A stretch of DNA of 64,000 nt from Rhodothermales bacterium. Lineage in GTDB: Bacteria > Bacteroidota > Rhodothermia > Rhodothermales > Bin80. The stretch is from assembly GCA_965116685.1 (NCBI GenBank), contig OZ220707.1, positions 1,570,625-1,634,624 of the forward strand. Reading direction: 5' to 3'. The notes under the pieces are model-generated. The model ran no database searches and was not told the DNA's origin. It saw nothing but the letters and a program-made list of their open reading frames with translations. The position numbers were made by a program, and so were the translations under genes. Shown piece after piece: positions 9,872-19,595 of the stretch (its first letter is position 1; every line of letters begins with the position of its first letter).

Positions 9872-12498
9872 TGAGTCGAATGAAAAACCATCACATCCGG
9901 AAATTTAACCCTGGAACCTTTCAATCTGATGAAGAAGTGATTGAGCAGTTCGTGGTTCGCAACCACGAACTGCAAACCGTACTTGACATTCTGCATGACA
10001 ATATTGAGGCTCCATCGTGTCAGCACACCTTGATCCTAGGCCCACGTGGCCAAGGGAAGACCATGCTCTTGGCACGCACCGCCGCAGAATTACGGTCTAA
10101 CGAACAATTCTCTGAGAACCTCTTGCCAGTTCGGTTCATGGAAGAAAGCCAGGAGATCTTCAATATGGCTGACTTCTGGCTAGAAACCCTATTCCACCTC
10201 GTCAGAGAATGCCAGCAATTCGATCCGCAATTGGGACAAGAACTAAACATTAGGCATTCTGCCTTGAGTAAAAAATGGGGGAGCGATTCGCTGGAAGATC
10301 TTGCGCGAAACGCTGTATTGGATGTTGCAGATCAACTTGGTCGAAAGCTAGTCCTGATGATCGAAAACCTTCAAGCGCTATTCGAGGATGTAGATGAAGA
10401 CTTTGGATGGAAACTTAGAAAGGTCTTGCAGACAGAACCTCAGGTCATACTCGTAGGCTCCGCTACCAGTCGTTTCGAAGGGCTTGATGACGCAAATCTG
10501 CCATTTTTTGAATTTTTCTGGATTATCCATTTGAAACCACTGAACACTGTTGAATGCCAGCAACTCTGGAATTTCATCAGTGGAGACAACATAGTCAGAC
10601 GCGAAATACGTCCACTGGAAATCCTAACAGGAGGAAGCCCAAGACTCTTGGTGATCGTTGCGAGTTTTGCACAACACAAGTCTGTGCGCCAGCTGATGGA
10701 AGAATTAGTTCTCTTGATAGACGAGCATACCGATTATTTTCGCGGGAACCTGGAAGTCTTGGCTAAGACAGAGCGAAGGGTTTTCCTAGCAGTCATTGAC
10801 CTCTGGCAACCATCAACTCCCAGCGAAATCGGCATTCGGGCACGTATGGACATACGAAAAGTATCTACCATGCTCGGAAGGCTTGTCAACCGCGGAGCAG
10901 TGATTGCTGAGGGCAATGGCAGGAAACGCAAGTATGTCGCGGCCGAGCGGCTCTATAGTATTTATTACAAGCTGCGACGCAATCGTGACGAAGCTGCCGT
11001 TGTGCAAAACCTGATTCGCTTTATGTCTGTTTTCTACACTGAAGCGGAACAGAGAGAGGTATTCTCCTCACTAATTAAAGAGATGGCCGAATCCGCAGTC
11101 ATTCGGGAAGCCCTTGATAGGGCCATGGATGAGGATCCAGAAATCATCAACCGCTGGTACTCCGCAGACGCTAGCGAACTTTTTGCAAAATGCGTAAGAT
11201 TGCGAGCGCAGGGCAAAGTAGAACATGCTCTGCTAACTATTGAAGAAATCGTCAAGCGTTACGGGGTTAAAGAAGCCCCGTTTTTGCAAGGATGTGTCGC
11301 CTATGCACTAGTCATTAAGGGCGAAATACTGCAAAATCAGCACAACCTAAACCCCGCTTCAAAAGCTTATGAAGAAGCCGTGAGACGGTTGGACACCGCT
11401 GAAAACAAGGAATTTCAATGGTGTATTGCTAGGGCACTTACAAATAAAGGGAAGCTTCTAAGGGTTCAAGGTCAACCGGAGTCTGCTCTGTCAACATTTG
11501 AAGAAATTATTGACCGCTTTGGTATTTCGGGAGACCCAGAACTCCAATGGTGGGTCGGCTGGACGCTGATCAGCAAAGGCGAGCTACTCCGGGCGCAAGG
11601 CGAACTTGAACCTGCTTTATCAGCCTTTGAAAGAGTCATTGAGGATTTCAACATCGCAAGGATACACGATCTGCCGATTGCGAGTATGGTATCTTCCGCA
11701 TTTCGGTACAAAATTATGGCTCTTTGTGCAGCCCGTGAACCTATACCCGATGAAATATTCCCAGTTGTTGAAGAAGGAATTAAGTTTATCAATGCTATAG
11801 AGCGTACGAAATTACCTACTGCAATGCATTATTTACCACTGCAGAAAAATCTTGCAGTAATACTGGCGATAAAAGGTACTGTACTCCATGATCAAGGTAA
11901 AACAGGACCCGCTAAGGTAGCTTTCGAGGAAATCATAGAACGTTTCGGCACTGCAGAAAATCAGGAATTACAAACATTGTGTGTGAAGGCATTAATCAAC
12001 AAAGTAGAGCTACAAGCTGGCGAAGGTAACAGCGAAGATGCTATCCATACATACAATGAGATCACTCGACGGCTCGACGAAATCGATGTACCCGGAAAAT
12101 CTGAACTGACATGGGAAGCATTGCGAGTGGGAACGCAAACACTGCTAACTCAGAAGGATTTATCCGCCGCGGTTGATTCATTCCAATCATTGTACTCTAT
12201 CCTTGAGCCCGATAATGAAGCAATGATACGGGTGATCTCAGACTTCGTGATCAACCTAATCGCAGCGGGGGTAACTCCGCATACTTTACTCAATATCTTT
12301 TCAAGTAACGATGTTCGTGAGGAGGCTTTGCTGCCTGTAATTGTGGCCCTAAAGCAAGAGGCCGGTGAGTCAGTGCGAGCTCCAGAAGAGGTACATGAGG
12401 TTGCAGTTGACATACGTAAGGACATTCAGAAAAAAAGGGCCTCGCTTAGTCTTAACAGGGAAAACGCGGCTAGCCGGGCCCTGCCGAGCCTCTCCTGA
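9871..12498 (+). CDS. AAA/STAND-like ATPase + winged HTH + TPR repeats
   Basis: Likely start ATG 9871 (MSRMKNHHIRKFNPG). Walker A GPRGQGKT; Walker B-like LVLMIEN; MarR-like wHTH (TPSEIGIRARMDIRKVSTMLGRLVNRG); ~46-aa repeats of the form ALxxKGxxLxxQGxxExAxxxFEEIIxRFG. Confidence 0.8.
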   Translation: MSRMKNHHIRKFNPGTFQSDEEVIEQFVVRNHELQTVLDILHDNIEAPSCQHTLILGPRGQGKTMLLARTAAELRSNEQFSENLLPVRFMEESQEIFNMADFWLETLFHLVRECQQFDPQLGQELNIRHSALSKKWGSDSLEDLARNAVLDVADQLGRKLVLMIENLQALFEDVDEDFGWKLRKVLQTEPQVILVGSATSRFEGLDDANLPFFEFFWIIHLKPLNTVECQQLWNFISGDNIVRREIRPLEILTGGSPRLLVIVASFAQHKSVRQLMEELVLLIDEHTDYFRGNLEVLAKTERRVFLAVIDLWQPSTPSEIGIRARMDIRKVSTMLGRLVNRGAVIAEGNGRKRKYVAAERLYSIYYKLRRNRDEAAVVQNLIRFMSVFYTEAEQREVFSSLIKEMAESAVIREALDRAMDEDPEIINRWYSADASELFAKCVRLRAQGKVEHALLTIEEIVKRYGVKEAPFLQGCVAYALVIKGEILQNQHNLNPASKAYEEAVRRLDTAENKEFQWCIARALTNKGKLLRVQGQPESALSTFEEIIDRFGISGDPELQWWVGWTLISKGELLRAQGELEPALSAFERVIEDFNIARIHDLPIASMVSSAFRYKIMALCAAREPIPDEIFPVVEEGIKFINAIERTKLPTAMHYLPLQKNLAVILAIKGTVLHDQGKTGPAKVAFEEIIERFGTAENQELQTLCVKALINKVELQAGEGNSEDAIHTYNEITRRLDEIDVPGKSELTWEALRVGTQTLLTQKDLSAAVDSFQSLYSILEPDNEAMIRVISDFVINLIAAGVTPHTLLNIFSSNDVREEALLPVIVALKQEAGESVRAPEEVHEVAVDIRKDIQKKRASLSLNRENAASRALPSLS

Positions 12499-12541
12499 AC
12501 AGGCCTGATATCGCAGCGGCTAGCCGGGCCCCGCCGAGCCT
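12466..12541 (+). repeat. 26-bp near-perfect direct repeat (2 copies, 50-bp period)
   Basis: gcggctagccgggccc(t/c)gccgagcct at 12466-12491 and 12516-12541, one mismatch. Confidence 0.85.
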
Positions 12542-12672
12542 TACCCTACTGGACGACCGCCATGGTCCCCTTCGTCACGCGCTCAATCGTGCTGTAGAGG
12601 TGGCTGGGGCACCCGTCTTCCCGGTCGGCGGGCGCCTCGAACGCAGTCGCGAATCCCTTCTGCTCTACGAAC

Positions 12673-13345
12673 TGTATATTCAGATTGATGTCGCTCACCT
12701 TAGGTGGATAAAATCCGATTGATTTTCGGTGCAATTTTGATCTGAATTTCGAGACAGGATTTGTTGTTGGAGCAGAAAGAATTATAAGACATTAGCGGCC
12801 CTGAACCAATCAGAGCAACTCATGCCACAACAACGAATTTCTATGAGGACCATACGAGACGTGCTGCGCTACTACTACGATGAGCGCTGCAGTAAGTGTC
12901 AAATCGCAGGCTACCTGCATATCTCTCCGGGGACGGTACGTAATTATCTTCGTCGCGCCGAGGCTGCGGACATGTCCTGGCCTCTTCTCGAGGAGTACAC
13001 CGATGAAACCCTTGAGGCCTTGCTGTTCCCTAGCGATCAGGTCTCTTCCGATCGTCCCCAGCCGGACTGGACGGAGCTCAACAGGCAGTTATCCCGGAAG
13101 GGGATGACCTTGGAGCTGATCTGGCATAACTACCGCCAAGTTCATCCAGAGGGGTACAGCTATGGGCATTTTTGTGTTCTTTACCATGAATGGATTGGTC
13201 TCCAGAAGGTGGCCATGCGGCTTCATTACAAAGCCGGGGGCAAGCTTTTTATAGACTATGCAGGCACGACGGTCACGATCATTGATCCAAACACTGGCAA
13301 GTGACCCAAGCGCAGATATTTGTTGCGACGCTGGGCTGTTCCAAC
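12673..13345 (+). mobile_element. istA: Truncated IS21-family element (left end + frameshifted istA fragment)
   Basis: Starts TGTATATTCAGATTGATG. ORF 12822-13304 has the IstA HTH and MRLHYKAGGKLFIDYAG. After a frameshift it continues VTQAQIFVATLGCSN, then breaks off. Confidence 0.85.
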
Positions 13346-13544
13346 ATATCAGCCCAACTATGGTGCAGGTCTGCGTATTCTTGATATCACAAATCCAGAA
13401 TCTCCAACGGAGATTGGGTTTTTTGAGCTAGGTCCAGGATACTCATCTCGGAGTAACTATCCTTATTCCAAGAGTGGTACACTGATCGTTACGAGTGGCA
13501 ACGAGTGGCTGTTCATTCTCAAAAAGCAGAACGTGGATATTTAA
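13346..13544 (+). pseudogene. C-terminal fragment of a choice-of-anchor B / LVIVD-repeat protein
   Basis: YQPNYGAGLRILDITNPESPTEIGFF...SNYPYSKSGTLIVTSGNEWLFIL matches that family's C-terminus; it is joined directly to the istA fragment. Confidence 0.65.
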
Positions 13545-13647
13545 TCTGGAAATGTCATAGCATTGCAGATTACCCGGTATTTGCGACCGCTACTATACCA
13601 TGAATGGTGACCCGGCGCCGCTTGTGAGATCTCGATGGCTTCACGGG

Positions 13648-13695
13648 GTCCTGCGCAACTCTCCCCCGCCTGGGCGGGGGAGAGTTGCGCAGGAC
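13648..13695. repeat. Perfect 23-bp inverted repeat with a 2-nt loop (possible terminator or element remnant)
   Basis: gtcctgcgcaactctcccccgcc-tg-ggcgggggagagttgcgcaggac, about 30 bp downstream of the res stop. Confidence 0.85.
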
Positions 13696-16600
13696 AAGCC
13701 GGACGTCCACGCTCTGGATTCCGCTAAATTCCGCACAGTATTCTCCTTATGTAACTGTCCGTGTCCTCCTCCTGAAATAGTACGTTTCGCTCCTCCATCT
13801 CACTCTTCTCCATACCCCACAGCCCGCGCATCGTGACTGATGGAGTATTCGATACGATGAAGGACTGCAGGGACATATCTGGGTCGCCGAGGCGGTGTTC
13901 GATTTCCTTGATGGTGTCGTGGAACTGGATTTTGGGATCATTCGGTCCGAGGTTCCGAATTCCCTTTGGATCAACAAAGATGACCTGCTGGCGACCATCC
14001 GCGAGCAGCCACAAGATAAAGTCGGGATGGAAGTTACCGGCCTCGAAGAATCCTACCCCGCGTCCCCTGCTGAGATTTCGCAGTAGATAGAGTTCACGGT
14101 CTTCAAAGAAATCCACATTCTTTTCACAGAAGGCCTTGAGATCCTTGACGAAAAGGCGCTCGCCCTTGTTCAGTGGTGCGGGATTGATCTCGACCACCTT
14201 CGTGTCCAAGCTAAGCAAAGGCTGGTACAGGTGGTTTCCGAACCAGATAGCCTCCAACCCTTGAAAAGTCCAGAATTTCAATTTCCCTTCCTGGATAGCC
14301 GCCTTGAGTTCCTCGAGCTTTGCAACGATCTCCACCTGTGACTGGTCGATCAGGATGCGGTAGTAGCCTTCGTCGTCGAGTGATTCCCTCATGCCCAAGA
14401 GATTGGGATCGGTGCCTTCCAGGATGTGGTATTCGAGGTGCGGAAGTTCCCATTCGTGCTTGCGGAAGGTGTAGTAGCGCTCGGTGTACTTCTTGAGCAG
14501 GGCCAGCGCGATCTCCTCCCACAGGCGCACCTTCTCGTAGGAATCCCCGATCATTTCCCGCGGGGGAATCTGAAGACGATACCAGCTCTGGTCAGCGAGC
14601 AGCGCTTCGATGGCTGGCCGCGTAATATTCAAGTTGTACCAACCTCGCTCCGCCTTGAATCGTTCGAGCTCGAAGTAGAGGCGGTCGTAGTCCAAGAAGG
14701 CTCTATGGCGGGCACCAAGAGGGGTCTCATTCGGTGCTGCATCGGCATCACCCCCCATGAGGCCACCCGACTTCATCGCCTGAATCTTTGGATACCAATT
14801 GAGCCGCACTGGGTTCTTCAGGAGGCGTACAGTACCCGGATCAGCGGTTGGGTCCGGTGGTGCGACGGTTGGAACCCGTGCGATCTTCCGGAACCCATCA
14901 CCGAACTCTGTGCTGACACCGTTGATCGTCCTCTTGAGCCGAATCGTCTTGAGCTTCTGTTTTCCAAGGTTCTCAATTACCGGTAACAGAAACTCAGTAC
15001 GATCGTCGTTGGCAGAGAGCCCTTCGTCGTTGAGAAAATCCCGGAATTGCGCCATGTAATCGGCGTGAATACCGAAGATGCCGAGGGTCTCTAATACGCT
15101 GATGTGTTCGGGTCGTTTGATCCCTCCCGGAAGCTGTGCCTTATCGCTGCGCTTGAGGTTGGTGTTGTAACCCTTGAGTCGTACTCCGCGTCCGAAGAGC
15201 TGGATAATCTGCGCACCCTCCCTTCTTCCCACGTTCATCAGGCCCATCGTCGAAACGCGCCAACTACTCCAACCCTCGGTGAATTTCTTTGAGCCGATCA
15301 GGATGTTCACCTTCGAATGCGGTTCATTCAGTTCGTGAAAGAGCGATTCCGCGAATTCCCGTTCACCTGTGGCAAGGTCGTTCTGAGCACACAGCTTTAC
15401 GAGTTTCGCGTCGTCGCCCACGTTGATCACGCCGAAGGCTTCGTTCTCGGCACCCAATCTCAGGGCCACCTCGCCGGGCACACCCTTCAGCTTCTCGATG
15501 TAGAGCTGACCGCCACCAGGGGCGTTGAATATCGTCCTGAGTGTCTCATCTAAGACCTGGGCCGCCGGGAGGCCGCACGTATTGAGATACGGGAAACGGT
15601 CGTGGAACAGGTTTCGGCCCGTCGAGGTGACAAGACCCTCATTGAGCACCCGCTCAATACGCTGGATGCTTCCGGCACGGTCAGACACGTAGCGGGCAAG
15701 AAACCGTAATATCTCGACGATATCGGACGCGTCCCTCTTGGCGAGCGTCGCCGTCACTCTCCCACCGACGAAGATCCATAGAGGATTCTCAATGTTGAAC
15801 GGCCGGAAGGCGCTCTCATTCTCGCGGTAGAGCCGCTGCTGCTGGAAGAACGAGAGGAGACAGGCTACGAGGTACAGCTCCAAGTGGTTTTGTTGTGTGC
15901 CCTGATCAAGGTTGAGAATCTGGTAGTCCTTGCCGAAGCCGTCAGCATAGAAGTAGCGATACGAGTAGTCACACAGCGTGCTCTTGGCGTACAGGTTGGT
16001 GAGGTCCAGGTTACCTTTGATTGCCTGCCCGAAGGTCGCCGAGTACTCGAAGGAAAAACCCCTCTCGCAAAGAGCGTTGCGATAGCCCATCCATGCGCCA
16101 CCTTTCCCCGCGCTTGTTCCGCGATGTCCCTCATCCACGAGCACCAAGTTGTTTCCCTCGAAGGCCTCGACGGCCACGGTTTTGTCGCCCATCTCATCGC
16201 GCAGCCGGGTCACCTCCAAGACATCGACCGCCTGGCCGCTGAACAACCCGCGGCCATCCTTGCTGAACAATTCCGCATCGATGCCCGCCGCCGCGAACTC
16301 ACGCAGATGTTGCTGCGAGAGCCCTTCGTTGGGTGTTAAGAGGAGGATGCGATTCAACTCACGACGCCCACCATGCCGGGCCAGGATCTCCTGATACTGC
16401 AAAATATTGGCGTGCATCAGCAGCGTCTTTCCGCTGCCGGTCGCCATCCAGAACGCGAGTTTGTTGAGCTGTGGCCATGCCTCCGCAGACTCGTCAAACG
16501 CGACGATCCGGTCGGCCTCGGGTTTGTCCGCATTGTAGATTTCCACCTGCACATTCAGTTCCACGAGCAGCGCATCGGGATTGCGAAAATAGCGATCCAG

Positions 16601-16848
16601 ATAGATCTCGGTGAAGAGTAGCGTCAGATACTGGAAATACTTCCAGACGATCGGATCTTCGCCGCGGGTAAGACGCCGTTCGTTTAGGCGCTGCGTATGC
16701 TTAACGATGTTCTGGTCGTATTCCAGCAGTAGCTCAATAGGGAGCTGCTGCAGGTTGGAGAGTTGTACCGTAAGCACATGGTGAAAGCGGTGGATGTTGT
16801 TCTCGTCCAGCCCTTCTAGAACCTCGTCACGCAAATGCTCGGCTAGCT

Positions 16849-19476
16849 CTGCCCTGTACGTTTAAGAGGGACTTGACAATGGTTTTCCTATTGCTTAGTT
16901 TAGCAATATGCAAGCACAATCCGCGATACTTACAGTACTGCGTAATGCTCTTCCGGCATTGTCGACAACGGTGGTGTCACATCAAGACAAGAGTCGTCGA
17001 GCTTTGGGGCGAATTGTGTGTGCGCAGTTCAATTTCGTGAATGCTCAGGGAGGCCATCGGCTTTCGGGTTGCATGAAGGCATTAGTGTTACTGGAATCGG
17101 AGGGGCACTTTTCTCTACCGAAGCCACAAACCGCGTCGTTTGTCCGCGGTCCCCGTCTATTGGATGAACCGGTTCCGAAGGCGTTGGATGTCCCCACGGA
17201 TGTCCGTGAGATCAAGGATTTAGAGATTATTTTGGTCACCGATTCGGGGGATCGAGCGATCTGGAATACACTTCTGGATGCGGAGCATCCACAGGGGAGC
17301 ACCACCTTTGCGGGCGCGCAGCATCGCTACCTGATTCGGAGTGCGCACGGTGAACTGGGGGTGGTCGGTTTTTCTGCTGCGGCGTTGTATCTCAAGGCTC
17401 GGGATCAATGGATGGCGTGGGATCATCCAAAGCGCGCGGAGAATTTGAACCGTGTGGTGAACCTGAGTCGTTTTCTGATTCGATCAGACGTGTTCTGCAA
17501 GAACCTGGCGAGCCACGCATTGGGACGAGTGCTGCGGCGCTTGCCCTCCGATTTTATGGCAACGTATGGGTATTCCCCTTATGTGATAGAGACCTTTGTG
17601 GGACCCGATCAGGAGGGGACTTGTTTTCGAGCGGCGGGATTCCGATATTTGGGACTTACGCAGGGGCGGGGCCGCCATGCACCCTCGAAGACACGCACGC
17701 GCCCGCAGAAAAAAGTATTTGCCTATGAACTGGATCCAAACTGGCGCACGCACTTGGCCGTGCCGTATGTGGAATTGCGCCCTCGGCTGGAGGTGGGGGC
17801 AGGTCTGGACAGCGATCGGTGGGCGGAACAGGAGTTTGGTGGTGCGGATCTCGGGGATCGGCGTCTCAATGTGCGTTTGGTAAAAAACGCGGAGTTAGCG
17901 GCAAAGACGATGGGCAATCCTGTCACCACAACCCCCGAGCGAAATATCAAGGACGTTCGGGCCTACTGGCGTTTTTGGGAGAGGGCCAACGAACGTGGGA
18001 TCACCCCGGCACAGATTCTGTTCCCGCATCGCCAGCGGACGATTGAGCGAATGCGAACCCAGGAGACGGTGTTGTGTGTTCAGGACGGAACCAAGATCTC
18101 ATACAGTACGCGTTCGGACACCGAGGGACTGGATATCATTGGACAGAACCAGACCTCTGCGAAAGCCCGCGGGGTGTGTCTGCATGCAACGATCGCCCTG
18201 AATGACGAGGGATTACCGTTGGGGGTGTTGCGATGTGCCTATGGGACAGAGAACCCAAAATCCCAAAGCTGGCTACACGGTCTGTCTGACATTGACGAGG
18301 CAGCCGAGACGCTGCCACGCAAGACGAAGGTGGTTGGTGTGATGGATCGGGAAGCGGATGCGTTCGAGATTTTGTCTGCGCATCGGACGCTGAAGCGGAC
18401 GCATCTATTGGTTCGGGCCAAGCACGACCGGAAGCTGAATACAGACGAGGGGCGATTATTTAAGGCGATGCGAAAGGGGCCGCCTGCGGATGTGATGGAG
18501 TTGTCGGTGGAGCAGTTGAGTCGTCGGATGAAGTCGGGGCGGGTCACTCATAAAGGTCGTCCGGCACGAAATGCCCGGATGGAGTTGCGGTATTGCAAAG
18601 TGACTCTACCTCCGACCAGGGACCGTACGCAAGCCCCCATGGAGGTCTGGGGAATTCATCTGCGTGAACTCAATCCGCCGGAAAATGCAACGCGGATTGA
18701 ATGGTATCTGTTGACCACGCAACCCATCACAAGCCCGGAGCAGGCGAAGCAGATGGTAGAATATTACCAGTTGCGCTGGCGTGTGGAAGACACCTTCCGG
18801 GTGCTCAAGAGTGGCTGCAAGGTGGAGAAGTTGCGGATGCAGAAGGCGGGCTCTTTGCACCGGGCGATCACCCTGCACATAGTCACGGCGTGGCGAATCA
18901 TGTTGATGACGCTTTTGGGGCGTGTGGACGCGGACTTGGACATGGACGTATTCTTTCGAGAGTCCGAGTTAGAGATGATGAAGGTCTACGCCCGTAGCTA
19001 TGGCCTTGCGGTCCCCACCAGCCTGCCCTCGGCCATCTTACTGGTGGCCATGATGGGCGGCTACATGAATCGCAAACACGATCCACCGCCCGGGCACACC
19101 ATCATGTGGCGCGGCTATGCAAACCTTCAAATGCGTGCCATCGCCTATGAGGAGTTGGGGGGCTTCTTTGACTTGGTGGAGCGTTCGCCTCCATAGCAGC
19201 CAACGTGCTCCATTGCTCCCTCCTGATCTGCTGTTCCCTCCTTGAGCGCCCGAAAGCTTCATACCCTTGCTGTGTGCAGGCTACAGAAGAATGTCGTGTC
19301 TGCGAGATCTCGCTTGTTCCAGAACGCGAAAAACACGGAAAATGGCAGTGCCAGACGGTCAACCTCAGAGAAATGCGCGAAATCTGTCGTACCTCGTCGG
19401 ACAAGAACTCACGAAAATTCGCCTACATAAACCGAAGAACCCCCATTGTCCAGTCTTTTTTCTGAGTACAAGGCAG
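16849..19476 (+). mobile_element. IS4-family insertion sequence, 2628 bp, with an 8-bp target duplication GGCTAGCT
   Basis: Imperfect terminal IRs ctgcc(c/t)tgtac...gact(t/g)gacaatgg; GGCTAGCT at 16841-16848 and 19477-19484. Confidence 0.92.
16908..19196 (+). CDS. IS4/Tn5-type DDE transposase with an N-terminal DUF4338 (Mom/DruA-like) domain
   Basis: N-terminal half has RF...KNLASHAL...IETFV...GTCFRAAGF..LG.T.GRGR. C-terminal half has WAEQEFGGADLGDRRL, CVQDGT, VMDREAD and YQLRWRVEDTFRVLKSGC (YREK signature). Confidence 0.9.
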   Translation: MQAQSAILTVLRNALPALSTTVVSHQDKSRRALGRIVCAQFNFVNAQGGHRLSGCMKALVLLESEGHFSLPKPQTASFVRGPRLLDEPVPKALDVPTDVREIKDLEIILVTDSGDRAIWNTLLDAEHPQGSTTFAGAQHRYLIRSAHGELGVVGFSAAALYLKARDQWMAWDHPKRAENLNRVVNLSRFLIRSDVFCKNLASHALGRVLRRLPSDFMATYGYSPYVIETFVGPDQEGTCFRAAGFRYLGLTQGRGRHAPSKTRTRPQKKVFAYELDPNWRTHLAVPYVELRPRLEVGAGLDSDRWAEQEFGGADLGDRRLNVRLVKNAELAAKTMGNPVTTTPERNIKDVRAYWRFWERANERGITPAQILFPHRQRTIERMRTQETVLCVQDGTKISYSTRSDTEGLDIIGQNQTSAKARGVCLHATIALNDEGLPLGVLRCAYGTENPKSQSWLHGLSDIDEAAETLPRKTKVVGVMDREADAFEILSAHRTLKRTHLLVRAKHDRKLNTDEGRLFKAMRKGPPADVMELSVEQLSRRMKSGRVTHKGRPARNARMELRYCKVTLPPTRDRTQAPMEVWGIHLRELNPPENATRIEWYLLTTQPITSPEQAKQMVEYYQLRWRVEDTFRVLKSGCKVEKLRMQKAGSLHRAITLHIVTAWRIMLMTLLGRVDADLDMDVFFRESELEMMKVYARSYGLAVPTSLPSAILLVAMMGGYMNRKHDPPPGHTIMWRGYANLQMRAIAYEELGGFFDLVERSPP

Positions 19477-19595
19477 GGCTAGCTCTTCAAACCGCTTCAC
19501 GTTGAACAGCGATAGCAGCCACTGATTGAGTACTAGCTTGTGAACGAACGGCACCTGCGCCTTCTTACGGGGCATTCTCCCCTTCCTCTTAGCAA

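Larger units (their letters stand above)
13724..19575 (-). pseudogene. res: Type III restriction endonuclease (Res), interrupted near its 5' end by an IS4-family element
   Basis: The N-terminal [33 protein letters not shown] (19575-19477) rejoins [10 protein letters not shown] at 16840 once the IS is removed. Motifs: [22 protein letters not shown] and C-terminal PD..(D/E)xK (FHPDF...FVDPKG). Confidence 0.9.

Noticed and set aside
12466-12541. Mini-CRISPR array
   Set aside because: Only two repeats, a 24-bp spacer and no cas genes.
16908-17780. Druantia defence system
   Set aside because: The DUF4338 domain is fused to a transposase inside IS ends, and no DruE or other dru genes are present.
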